DNA from: a virus
Length of the DNA stretch: 64,000 nt
Virus record (IMG/VR): IMGVR_UViG_3300024324_000416
Span: 14,440-78,439 of that record
Direction: 5' to 3' (one strand)
Shown one piece after another: positions 48,341 to 56,803 of this stretch. A program made the translations under genes and the position numbers. The first letter of the stretch is position 1. Each line of letters opens with the position of its first letter. The notes under the pieces are model-generated. The model searched no databases and was not told the origin of the DNA. It saw only the letters and a list, made by a program, of their open reading frames with translations.

Positions 48341-48716
48341 TACTATTGACCTACCAACAAAACTAAACCAACAGAAGAAACTAGAGGAAGAGATCAATGT
48401 GCTAAATAAGAAGGTAGATGACTACACAGAACAGGTTGCTCTCGTAGACCTCATCGCTAACGCACCATCAGGGCCAGCCATCTCTGTTGCCTGTGACCAA
48501 ATCAAGCGTCTGTTGCTTGAGAAGAATGTAGCATACGGCGACTCTGCCCTATCCCCTATCCAGATCTTTGCAAAAGCGGGGGCACAAGAAGGTATCGCCA
48601 ACCGCATTGATGACAAACTAAATAGGATTAAGAACAATCAAACTTATGTTGGAGACAATGACCTTGACGATTTGATTGGCTACCTTATCCTTTATAAGAT
48701 TTCTCAATCTAACTAA
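48333..48716 (+). CDS. Nucleotide-modification-associated domain (Nmad1/DUF1599-like) with N-terminal coiled coil
   Basis: KN..YGDS...RIDDKLNRI...D...DLIGY. Confidence 0.7.
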   Translation: MDNTIDLPTKLNQQKKLEEEINVLNKKVDDYTEQVALVDLIANAPSGPAISVACDQIKRLLLEKNVAYGDSALSPIQIFAKAGAQEGIANRIDDKLNRIKNNQTYVGDNDLDDLIGYLILYKISQSN

Positions 48717-48720
48717 TCTA

Positions 48721-48749
48721 TTGACAATTCGTTACCATTCTGGTATAAT
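48721..48749 (+). promoter_or_regulatory. Promoter
   Basis: TTGACA-N17-TATAAT. Confidence 0.8.
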
Positions 48750-48777
48750 AGATATTACCTACTAACAAAGGAAAGTA

Positions 48778-49089
48778 ATGGCTAAGAGAATCAGGCGGTC
48801 CAAGTTCGTCCAGCAACACGATCAACTAAATACTCATTGGGTGACAACCCCATCCTATCAGGTGTCCGAACGTCGGACGTTAGAGCCTGGTGATGAGATC
48901 AAGATTACTGAGGTGTGGGGCACTCGCTTCCGTTTTGTGCGGCACGTTTACAATCCAAAGACAGAGACAGAGTGGATTGATTGCGTCGAACTACACAAGG
49001 GGCAGTATGCCCAGCAGAGGTCATTCCGACCAGAGCGTATCAAGGTTCTGCCTAAGAAGCGTAAGAAGAAGCAAAAAGAGACACAATAG
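48778..49089 (+). CDS. Hypothetical basic SH3-like protein
   Basis: LEPGDEIKI...FRFVRHV...EWIDC...RSFRPERI. Confidence 0.6.
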   Translation: MAKRIRRSKFVQQHDQLNTHWVTTPSYQVSERRTLEPGDEIKITEVWGTRFRFVRHVYNPKTETEWIDCVELHKGQYAQQRSFRPERIKVLPKKRKKKQKETQ

Positions 49090-49182
49090 TGTGATACAAT
49101 ATAAAGGTTGTTTCGACAACAGGGCACGACTCAAAAGGTCGTGCTCTTTTATTTACACTAAAGAATAACAAGGAGAACGACA

Positions 49183-49728
49183 ATGAATAAGATTAAACAA
49201 ACGGCTGGGGTAATAGTATCAACTGCTCTCATAGCAGCAGCAGTGGCGTTACCAGCAGCAGCAGCAGTTCCTATGGATGACGCAAAAGCGGCGGTAGGCG
49301 GATCGAACGTAGATGACGGAGAAGATGGCTGGATGGACTACCCAAGTGTTGTTCAAAAGGGTGAGAAGTATTTCCCAACAGCGGTATCATTTTATCAAGG
49401 CCCAGAGTATAAGGAAAAATGGAATAAATGTCGGCTGCATATTCGGCAGAGGGAGTCTCGCAATGTGTATGGGGCACTAAACCACAGCGGGAAATACAAA
49501 GGTGCATATCAAATGTCACCTGAGTTCTCTGTTGGTGCTGGCTGGCGGATACAAAAGAGTATGCGTGAACAGGGAGCACCGAAGGAGCAGGCGTTTAAGA
49601 TAGGTGAAGACCTACGCACCACTCCTGCCCACCGCTGGCACCCGTTTTACCAGGACTGGGCATTCTGGTCGATCTTTGATAACGGCAAGGGTCAATCCCA
49701 TTGGTTTTATCACGGCTCAGCGTGTTAG
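49183..49728 (+). CDS. Secreted lysozyme-fold transglycosylase (Rpf/SLT-like)
   Basis: N-terminal signal peptide; IRQRES catalytic Glu; GAYQM; QD; G..HW. Confidence 0.75.
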   Translation: MNKIKQTAGVIVSTALIAAAVALPAAAAVPMDDAKAAVGGSNVDDGEDGWMDYPSVVQKGEKYFPTAVSFYQGPEYKEKWNKCRLHIRQRESRNVYGALNHSGKYKGAYQMSPEFSVGAGWRIQKSMREQGAPKEQAFKIGEDLRTTPAHRWHPFYQDWAFWSIFDNGKGQSHWFYHGSAC

Positions 49729-49768
49729 ATCTATGTGATATAATGTTACTAACAGAAGGAGTTAGACT

Positions 49769-50296
49769 ATGACTGAAGATGACATAAACGTTCATCTGGA
49801 TGAAGTCAACAAGGTGGCAGGCGAATTTATCAAGGGTAGCACTGAGATACAAATTGCTCGCCACCTTGGTCTTCCCCGCACACGAGTGGTAAAGCACTTG
49901 ACTGAGTGGCGTGGGATGATCTCAAACAATGAGGCAATTAGAGCCAGAGCCAGAGAAGCATTGGGTACTGCCGATCAGCATTACAATAGACTTATCCAGA
50001 AGGCTTACGAAGTCATTGATGCTTCTGATGCTCAAGACAACCTTGGTGAGAAAAGTAAAGCAATTAAACTTATCTTAGATATTGAAACTAAAAGAATAGA
50101 GATGCTTCAGAAGGCAGGGCTGCTAGAGAATAAAGAAATCGCAGAAGAACTCATGGAGATGGAGCGTAAGCAAGAAGTTTTGGTTAAGATTCTGCGGGAA
50201 GTCTCAGGTAAGTGCGACACATGCAAGGTAGAAGTAAGTAAGCGTCTTGCAGATGTAGCAAGGCCAGAGGAAGTGATTACAGTCAATGTCGATTGA
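49769..50296 (+). CDS. Terminase small subunit (probable)
   Basis: N-terminal HTH plus coiled coil; overlaps the large subunit. Confidence 0.65.
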   Translation: MTEDDINVHLDEVNKVAGEFIKGSTEIQIARHLGLPRTRVVKHLTEWRGMISNNEAIRARAREALGTADQHYNRLIQKAYEVIDASDAQDNLGEKSKAIKLILDIETKRIEMLQKAGLLENKEIAEELMEMERKQEVLVKILREVSGKCDTCKVEVSKRLADVARPEEVITVNVD

Positions 50297-52076
50297 TTTC
50301 GATGATTTCCTAGGAGCACTTGACGAGAATCCCTTTGAGGAGTATCCCGTTGGTGTAAGAGAGTTTGTTCGATCCCCTGACTACTTGGGGCAGCCAGAGT
50401 TGTCGGACATTCAGTATGACCTAGTAGAAACCATGAGCCAGATTTATAAATTGGAAGACTTGCAGAGGTTCATGGGAGATAGAGATGGGGCAAGGCATCA
50501 TGCTAAATACACTAAAGCAGAAGTTATCCTCCAATGCGGCAAAGGTTCTGGGAAAGACTTTACTTCTACTGTCGGTGTGGCTTATCTGGTGTATAAGTTA
50601 CTTTGTTTAAGAGATCCATCAGGATACTTTGGCAAGCCAACGGCTGACGCTATTGATATTATCAACATCGCCATCAACGCACAGCAGGCAAAGAACGTTT
50701 TCTTCAAGGGCTTCCGTTCAAAGATCGAACGCTCACCTTGGTTCGCAGGAAAATACGAAAGCAAGATGGATAACATTGAGTTTGATAATTATATTACAGT
50801 TTACTCTGGTCACTCAGAGCGTGAGTCACACGAGGGTCTAAACCTTATGCTCGCTGTGCTTGATGAGATCTCAGGATTCCAGCAGACCTCTGCCTCAGGC
50901 AACGAGGGTGCAAAGACCTCAGACGCTATCTACAAGGCGTTCCGTGCATCAGTCGATAGTCGCTTCCCTGACTATGGAAAGGTAGTGCTGCTGTCCTTCC
51001 CTCGCTACAAGGGTGACTTCATTTCTCAACGGTATGAAGAAGTAATCAATGAAAAGGAAGTAATACCAAAGACCCATCAGTTTATTATGAATGAAGAACT
51101 AGGAAATGCAGACGGGAACATCTATGACATTGAGTGGGAAGAAGATCATATTATAAGTTACAAGGTTCCTGGTGTGTTTGCTATCAAGCGTCCTACCTGG
51201 GATGTAAACCCCACACGTTCTATAGATGATTTTAAGTTGGCGTTCTACACAGATCCAGGCGATGCCCTTATGCGTTTTGCCTGTATGCCTATGTTCCACT
51301 CTGATGCATTCTTCAAACAGCGTGACAAGTTAGAGTTGGCTATGAGCATCCCTAACCCTGTTGATAAGTTTAAGCGTATCGAACCTAGATGGGAACCTAA
51401 ACCAGACATAGAGTATTTCGTACACGCTGACCTTGCACAGAAGCACGACAAGTGTGCCGTGGCTATCGCACACGTTGACCGCTGGGTAGAGGTAAAGTCA
51501 TTCAATGACTACAAGCAGATCGTACCATTCGTAGTAGTGGACATGGTTGCATGGTGGGAACCAAAGATCGAAGGCCCAGTAGATCTATCAGAAGTTAAGA
51601 ATTGGATCATCAGTTTGCGACGGCAGGGTATCAATTTAGGTAGAGTAACCTTTGACCGTTGGCAGTCATTCGACATTCAGAATGAATTAAAGCAAGTAGG
51701 CATTAAGACAGCAACGCTATCAGTAGCAAAGCAACACTACGAAGACATGGCAATGCTTGTGTATGAGGATCGTGTTGTCATGCCACAGATTGAATTGCTG
51801 CTTGATGAACTAACAGAGTTGCGTATCGTATCTGATAAGAAGGTAGACCACCCTCGCAAGAAGTCAAAGGACTTGGCTGATGCTGTGTGTGGTGCTATCT
51901 ACAATTCTGTGTCCTTGTCTAAGCGTGAACAGAATCAGATGATTGAGGTGCATGACTTCAAGAGTGCTCGTAAAAAGTGGAGAGAAGAAGAAGAATACGA
52001 CCCTATATTCGATAATCCTGATCCAAGTAAGAAGACCGTTTGGGACTCTTACTTAGAGGGAATCGGAATGATGTAG
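50286..52076 (+). CDS. Terminase large subunit
   Basis: GKGSGKD Walker A, AVLDE Walker B, HADLA, FDRWQS, KDLADA nuclease residues. Confidence 0.92.
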   Translation: MSIDFDDFLGALDENPFEEYPVGVREFVRSPDYLGQPELSDIQYDLVETMSQIYKLEDLQRFMGDRDGARHHAKYTKAEVILQCGKGSGKDFTSTVGVAYLVYKLLCLRDPSGYFGKPTADAIDIINIAINAQQAKNVFFKGFRSKIERSPWFAGKYESKMDNIEFDNYITVYSGHSERESHEGLNLMLAVLDEISGFQQTSASGNEGAKTSDAIYKAFRASVDSRFPDYGKVVLLSFPRYKGDFISQRYEEVINEKEVIPKTHQFIMNEELGNADGNIYDIEWEEDHIISYKVPGVFAIKRPTWDVNPTRSIDDFKLAFYTDPGDALMRFACMPMFHSDAFFKQRDKLELAMSIPNPVDKFKRIEPRWEPKPDIEYFVHADLAQKHDKCAVAIAHVDRWVEVKSFNDYKQIVPFVVVDMVAWWEPKIEGPVDLSEVKNWIISLRRQGINLGRVTFDRWQSFDIQNELKQVGIKTATLSVAKQHYEDMAMLVYEDRVVMPQIELLLDELTELRIVSDKKVDHPRKKSKDLADAVCGAIYNSVSLSKREQNQMIEVHDFKSARKKWREEEEYDPIFDNPDPSKKTVWDSYLEGIGMM

Positions 52077-52098
52077 TATAATATAATTGGAGGAAACA

Positions 52099-52422
52099 AT
52101 GGATAAAGAGATGATTGAGTTCCTTAAGTCTATTGGGGCTATCGAAGAACTGCCTGGTGGAAACTACCGACTGTCAGAAGAGGCAGAGGAGTTTGTTCCT
52201 GAGGTTGTAAAGCATCACGAGTCAATGTTTAATAATGATGTTTTCTCATTATGGATCAATGATATGATTGATTTAATTTTTGATAACGATGGCGATCCTA
52301 TGTTGGATATTACAGAAACCTCCCGAGATGAGGTTAGGCAGTATGAGTGCCTAACCCCACAGGAGATAAATACCCTAAGAATGATTATTCAGCAATATGA
52401 TACAGCACTTGACAAAAACTAG
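52099..52422 (+). CDS. Hypothetical acidic protein
   Basis: SD GGAGG; TATAAT upstream. Confidence 0.65.
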   Translation: MDKEMIEFLKSIGAIEELPGGNYRLSEEAEEFVPEVVKHHESMFNNDVFSLWINDMIDLIFDNDGDPMLDITETSRDEVRQYECLTPQEINTLRMIIQQYDTALDKN

Positions 52423-52437
52423 AGTGTGCTGTATAAT
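52409..52437 (+). promoter_or_regulatory. Promoter, leaderless
   Basis: TTGACA-N17-TATAAT, ATG 6 nt downstream. Confidence 0.8.
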
Positions 52438-52443
52438 ATACAT

Positions 52444-52677
52444 ATGAACGATGAACTAGATCCACCAGATGAAAATCATCAGCGTGTTACCGTTGCCATG
52501 GTAGAAGGTAAGGCTTACTGGGTTCACGATAACGCTATGTGGGAAACAGAGTTAGACGAAGATGGTGATCCAGATCGTGCCGCTGCTCGTCCCATAGACA
52601 CGGAGGATATGTCGTTCCAACAAATCAAAATGCACATGGCTATCCTAGATAGCATCACACGAGAAAGCAATGAGTAA
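52444..52677 (+). CDS. Hypothetical protein
   Basis: Leaderless start; TAATG coupling to the next gene. Confidence 0.65.
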   Translation: MNDELDPPDENHQRVTVAMVEGKAYWVHDNAMWETELDEDGDPDRAAARPIDTEDMSFQQIKMHMAILDSITRESNE

Positions 52678-53030
52678 TGAAGGTATTGGTACAGGGCACT
52701 AAGGATTTTACGGACTACCAAGTCCTCATGCGTGCTATGGGTGTTGCACTATCATCCATGAAGCCAGGGGACAAGGAGTTTCAGATCTATGCAGTAGGCC
52801 CACACAAGACGAATGACCTTGCGTTGTCTTTTGCTAACCTAACAGAAGACAATCTAAAGGGTAGGGGTATCAAGATTAAGTTTAATAAACTACCCGCAAA
52901 GTTAGCAGAAGATAAGATAGATAGGTTTGACTACATGGCTTACCTAGCACACCCAGACAATCGTCGTCTATCTGCCTTGACCAACAAAGCAGAAGAGAAC
53001 GGCATTGCGTTAGGGATCTTTCGATACTGA
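52677..53030 (+). CDS. SLOG/YspA-like protein (tentative)
   Basis: MKVLVQGTKDFTDY start resembles SLOG-family G.R.F.DY. Confidence 0.45.
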   Translation: MKVLVQGTKDFTDYQVLMRAMGVALSSMKPGDKEFQIYAVGPHKTNDLALSFANLTEDNLKGRGIKIKFNKLPAKLAEDKIDRFDYMAYLAHPDNRRLSALTNKAEENGIALGIFRY

Positions 53031-53407
53031 TGCTAAGTAAAAAGGATTTGAGTTTTCTTTCGGTGGCTCGTGCTTTCGCAACAGAGAGTGTCCAGCGTAA
53101 GAAGCATGGTGCCGTAGTGGTTCGTGGCGGTAGCGTCGTAGGTGTAGGTTACAACAAACATCGTAACAACCCTGCTTACCTACCAAAGGATGTTGTCCGT
53201 GAACACACCTCTTATCACGCAGAAGAGATAGCAATAAAGCAGGCAGGAGATAACACTAAGGGTGCTACTATCTACATCGCTAGGGTAAATAACCAAGGCG
53301 AAGATCGTATCTCCCGCCCCTGTCTGCCGTGCAGACTCCTAATACGGGAGGCACAAATCAAAAAAATCGTATACACAACAGAAGGAAGAATAAATTATGT
53401 TCATTGA
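53030..53407 (+). CDS. Zn-dependent cytidine/dCMP deaminase-family protein
   Basis: HGAVVV, GYN, HAE, PCLPC. Confidence 0.85.
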   Translation: MLSKKDLSFLSVARAFATESVQRKKHGAVVVRGGSVVGVGYNKHRNNPAYLPKDVVREHTSYHAEEIAIKQAGDNTKGATIYIARVNNQGEDRISRPCLPCRLLIREAQIKKIVYTTEGRINYVH

Positions 53408-53618
53408 CAGTATAAACAAAATGGAAGAGATTGTAGAGAACCGCACTAATCTTAGTTGGGAATCCAACTTTGATATTATTGAGGATCTTGGCGAGAATGC
53501 TAACGCAATGCTCAAGAAGAACGCACGCTTCATCCAAGGTGCATGGCACAAGGTTAATGTTATTAAACTAACAGAGCGTGGTTGGAAAATCCCACAGCAA
53601 TGGGTAAATAACTCTTGA
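53397..53618 (+). CDS. Hypothetical protein
   Basis: Overlapping + strand ORF. Confidence 0.6.
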   Translation: MFIDSINKMEEIVENRTNLSWESNFDIIEDLGENANAMLKKNARFIQGAWHKVNVIKLTERGWKIPQQWVNNS

Positions 53619-53643
53619 CTTTTTAAGTCAATGAAGGTATAGT
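53615..53643 (+). promoter_or_regulatory. Promoter upstream of tRNA-Gln/whiB
   Basis: TTGACT-N17-TATAGT; the -35 is one arm of the inverted repeat TTGACTT-TTT-AAGTCAA. Confidence 0.65.
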
Positions 53644-53728
53644 ATGAATATGAGTAAAAGCGACGAAGGCATCGTCAAAGCGTGTGGAGAAGTCGTCTAT
53701 ACTCGTCAGGCCGCTTGCGGCAGCCATT

Positions 53729-53800
53729 TGGGGTATGGGGTAATTGGCAGCCCAACTGATTCTGGTTCAGTTAGTCTAGGTTCGAATCCTGGTACCCCAG
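53729..53800 (+). tRNA. tRNA-Gln(CTG), no encoded CCA
   Basis: Acceptor TGGGGTA/TACCCCA; anticodon arm ACTGA-TTCTGGT-TCAGT; GGTTCGAATCC T-arm. Confidence 0.92.
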
Positions 53801-53872
53801 CGATACGAGGTGGGTGTAAAACGGGGCACAATAAGAAAATAAAAGAATACAAAACATATAAGGATGTAAGCA

Positions 53873-54172
53873 ATGGATAAGTTAAGTTGGAAAGAAGACG
53901 GTAAGTGCGTAGACATGGAAGTGGATATCTTCTTTGAGAAGTACGAGAATGATATCGGTCTGCGTGCAGTCATTGATAGAATGTGTGCCCGTTGTCCTAT
54001 TGCCCAAGAGTGTTTGCAATGGGGCATCTCACATGAAGAGTGGGGCGTTTGGGGCGGCATCTATCTAGAAGGCGGTAAGAAGTCAGAAGAGTTCAATGAA
54101 CATAAAACAGAGATGGTATGGCAAGAACTTCTGTTACAATTGACTCACGACACAGGACAAGCATATGAATAA
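53873..54172 (+). CDS. whiB: WhiB-family Fe-S transcription factor
   Basis: W...GKC...FF...C..CP...CL..G...EWGVWGG. Confidence 0.92.
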   Translation: MDKLSWKEDGKCVDMEVDIFFEKYENDIGLRAVIDRMCARCPIAQECLQWGISHEEWGVWGGIYLEGGKKSEEFNEHKTEMVWQELLLQLTHDTGQAYE

Positions 54173-54497
54173 GACGGAAATGGCACAGATGATCTTTAGG
54201 AAGAACCAACCAGTACCTCATGGTTTTCCTGTAGAACTGTCAGAGGATGAGATCCTTGACCCAGCAACAGGTGATATGGTTACAATTCATTATCTCCTAT
54301 TTCAGAATAGTCTGTACCAACGTCTATCAAAGAATAGGCAGAAGTTTGTGGATGTGGTTCGTTGGCTCAAGGCAACACATGATGAAATGAAGAGCATGGG
54401 TTTGCGTCCAGTCATTCAACCTATCTTTGATACTTATGATGGTCTAACACCAGACTCAGCAAAGTACAAAGTGCAACAAATCATCAGAAAAAGATAG
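54165..54497 (+). CDS. Hypothetical protein
   Basis: Overlaps whiB. Confidence 0.6.
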   Translation: MNKTEMAQMIFRKNQPVPHGFPVELSEDEILDPATGDMVTIHYLLFQNSLYQRLSKNRQKFVDVVRWLKATHDEMKSMGLRPVIQPIFDTYDGLTPDSAKYKVQQIIRKR

Positions 54498-54577
54498 TGT
54501 ATAATGTAAACGGTTACGGGTGGAGATCCTACCCAATACCAACAAATCAATATCACCCAAAAGGAGATGAAGTACGA

Positions 54578-54748
54578 ATGAAGTTTGTGAATAAATTCCG
54601 TAAGTCCCCACAGCAGAAGCAAATCAAGGCTCTCTATCGTGAATGGGATCGTCAACGTGAAGAGGCATCACCTTATGGTTCCTCACACTTAAACGAGATT
54701 GACGCTATTTTTAGCCGTAACCTACATAATCTCGAAAAAACAGAGTAA
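54578..54748 (+). CDS. Hypothetical small protein
   Basis: SD AAGGAG; TATAAT at 54500. Confidence 0.6.
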   Translation: MKFVNKFRKSPQQKQIKALYREWDRQREEASPYGSSHLNEIDAIFSRNLHNLEKTE

Positions 54749-54756
54749 GGAATGGA

Positions 54757-54969
54757 ATGCAATTAAGTTTTTATGGACGCTTCTACAAGCCCTCAACGGG
54801 GAGGGTATACGCAGAAGTCTATAAGACCATGGAGGACGACGGCCTCACGCTAGATGAAAGGGTGGGTGCCCGTCGTACCTTCACAATTTACGGGGCAAAG
54901 AAATGGATAGAAAAAACTATTCTTAATAACAAAACGCACGAGTTAGAGTGGACATATTTAAGTGAATGA
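54757..54969 (+). CDS. Hypothetical protein
   Basis: SD AAGGA. Confidence 0.55.
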   Translation: MQLSFYGRFYKPSTGRVYAEVYKTMEDDGLTLDERVGARRTFTIYGAKKWIEKTILNNKTHELEWTYLSE

Positions 54970-55216
54970 GATAGCATGGTACTGGTCATGGATTCTAATG
55001 TCTATGAACCTGACCGCAATGATATTAGCAGGCCGCAAGTTGTGGCAAGCATGGTTAGTAGGTGTAGCCGCAGAAATCATGTGGGTTGCCTATGGATACT
55101 TTACTGAGCAATGGGGGTTCTCATTCTTTGGCTTTATCTTTGCGGCGGTATATTTAAGAAACGCATACCGTTGGCGTAAGCAAGACAAGGAGCATGAAGG
55201 AAGCGTCGTGGTATAA
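54962..55216 (+). CDS. Small 3-TM membrane protein (PnuC/SemiSWEET-like half-transporter, tentative)
   Basis: Three hydrophobic helices; WQAWLVG...W..YG...QW.F......Y.RN..RW. Confidence 0.55.
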   Translation: MNEIAWYWSWILMSMNLTAMILAGRKLWQAWLVGVAAEIMWVAYGYFTEQWGFSFFGFIFAAVYLRNAYRWRKQDKEHEGSVVV

Positions 55217-55346
55217 TGAAGCCATGGGTTTCGATCCTCAAGACAAGTTCATTCTCTATCCTTTTATTATCTTTATTGTTTGTCTTTTTGTCTTGGGTGT
55301 TGTACCCCGTCTTTATTCCTAAACAATATATAAATAAGAAAAAGAC

Positions 55347-55376
55347 TTGACAAGTGTCGGGGGTATTTGGTATAAT
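55347..55376 (+). promoter_or_regulatory. tRNA promoter
   Basis: TTGACA-N18-TATAAT. Confidence 0.75.
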
Positions 55377-55391
55377 AGAGTCATAACATAG

Positions 55392-55463
55392 TGGCGTGTA
55401 ACTCAACGGCAGAGTGTTCGACTGTTAATCGAAATGTTGTAGGTTCGAATCCTACCACGCCAG
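55392..55463 (+). tRNA. tRNA-Asn(GTT), no encoded CCA
   Basis: TGGCGTG/CACGCCA acceptor; TTCGA-CTGTTAA-TCGAA; GTAGG-TTCGAAT-CCTAC. Confidence 0.92.
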
Positions 55464-55522
55464 CGGTAAGTAGAAGGAGGCATCTGGTCGGATGCGTAAT
55501 ACATAAAATATAAATAAGGTTT

Positions 55523-55595
55523 GGCCTTGTAGTTCATCGGTTAGAACGCTTCCCTGTCACGGAAGAGGTAGTGGGTTCGATTCCCATCAAGGTCG
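55523..55595 (+). tRNA. tRNA-Asp(GTC), no encoded CCA
   Basis: GGCCTTG/CAAGGTC acceptor; CTTCC-CTGTCAC-GGAAG; GTGGG-TTCGATT-CCCAT. Confidence 0.92.
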
Positions 55596-55633
55596 CTATT
55601 GACAAACAACAACAGAAACGGTATAATAGAGAC

Positions 55634-55846
55634 ATGACAGACAAACTAAATGCCAGAGGCATCCCAACAAATGAGTGCCCATCCTGTGCTAACAGGTTGT
55701 TCACAGTCCAAGTTAGTTTTGACGAAGATTATAATATTGGTCAGTATTTACTAGACGCAGAGTGTGCTATGTGCGGTACGTTAGTCACAGCACCAACAGC
55801 AATCGACCATCCAGAATACAGCCCAACAGACGTAAGGTGGCTATAA
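55634..55846 (+). CDS. Zn-ribbon protein
   Basis: CPSC...CAMCG; leaderless, after TTGACA-N17-TATAAT (55599-55627). Confidence 0.75.
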   Translation: MTDKLNARGIPTNECPSCANRLFTVQVSFDEDYNIGQYLLDAECAMCGTLVTAPTAIDHPEYSPTDVRWL

Positions 55847-56052
55847 TGATAAAGACCCCGTTGTACATGACGATAGAAGAGTTTAGTGAAGTGCTTCTCA
55901 ACAATGTCTACGCTACTAATGCGTTTGACCCCAATGAGAAGTATCACCCCTCAGACCTGGCGACAACCTTTGTGTTGTCTGCTGAGATCACGGCGGCAAC
56001 AATGGATCAAGTAATAGCAAACACCAAGGGTAAGTTTAATGAAACGAAATAA
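55846..56052 (+). CDS. Hypothetical protein
   Basis: TAATG coupling. Confidence 0.55.
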   Translation: MIKTPLYMTIEEFSEVLLNNVYATNAFDPNEKYHPSDLATTFVLSAEITAATMDQVIANTKGKFNETK

Positions 56053-56209
56053 AGAGCAAGAGTCTGCCCTACCGACACCAGATAGACAACTCAAATCCCG
56101 TTCGGGATGGTGTTCTGATAGCGATCATAGTGGCTGTAGGCGTTTCTTCTCTTTTGGAATCTGCGGTTGCGACTGTGACCACCCAAATGCAAAGGTTTGG
56201 AAAAAGTGA
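56039..56209 (+). CDS. 56-aa Cys/His microprotein
   Basis: SGWC...DH..C......CGCDCDH; overlaps both neighbours. Confidence 0.6.
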   Translation: MKRNKEQESALPTPDRQLKSRSGWCSDSDHSGCRRFFSFGICGCDCDHPNAKVWKK

Positions 56210-56673
56210 GCAGAGATCCCTTCAAGAAGTTGTGGAACAACTGTGCTTCCAATGCTGTGTACAAGGATGAGAACGGAGAGTACACTAAGATAAACTCATC
56301 TACAAACAGGCGGCGTATGGAAGGAAAGGGATCATCAGTTGCAGGGCCAGCAGGAGAAAAACAAAAGCAATGGAAGCCATCTAAGTTAGTTGTTTCTTCT
56401 GATGACTTGCGAAGAAAGTTTGAGGATCAAGATGGTAAGTGTCATTGGTTCGGAATAGATCTTGATTTAGATCTTTTGTACAAGAATCATCCTGACTGGC
56501 TACCCAAGCATCCCCTTTGCCCATCGGTAGATAAGTTAGATGACGGTGGCGATTACACATATGATAATATAGTAATTACTTGTAGGTTTGCTAACTTTGG
56601 AAGAAACATTTATCCAGCAGATAGGATGCCTGCACTTATTGATTTACTAAGGAGTGGGAATGACAACGCTTGA
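56206..56673 (+). CDS. His-Me finger (HNH-like) endonuclease
   Basis: QDGKCHWFG ... SVDKLD..GDY..DNIVITC..AN.GRN. Confidence 0.65.
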   Translation: MSRDPFKKLWNNCASNAVYKDENGEYTKINSSTNRRRMEGKGSSVAGPAGEKQKQWKPSKLVVSSDDLRRKFEDQDGKCHWFGIDLDLDLLYKNHPDWLPKHPLCPSVDKLDDGGDYTYDNIVITCRFANFGRNIYPADRMPALIDLLRSGNDNA

Positions 56674-56803
56674 TTACAAATACTTGTGCATGGGATGCAA
56701 AGATAATGTAGTTGTTCTACATCATTCTCAATACTTTCGCACAGTTTATTGTGACAATTGCCTTGACAAACCAGACATGCTATTTGACAAGGAGGTCGTA
56801 TGA
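56660..56803 (+). CDS. 47-aa Zn-ribbon microprotein
   Basis: YLCMGC...YCDNC; ATGA overlap with the methyltransferase. Confidence 0.55.
   Translation: MTTLDYKYLCMGCKDNVVVLHHSQYFRTVYCDNCLDKPDMLFDKEVV

Noticed and set aside
49106-49182. c-di-AMP (ydaO) riboswitch before the transglycosylase
   Set aside because: Leader is too short and lacks the recognisable consensus; kept only as a generic attenuator candidate
5689-52076. Inteins or introns in nrdJ, dnaB, dnaE, recA or terminase
   Set aside because: Lengths are ordinary, frames are uninterrupted and no splice motifs were seen
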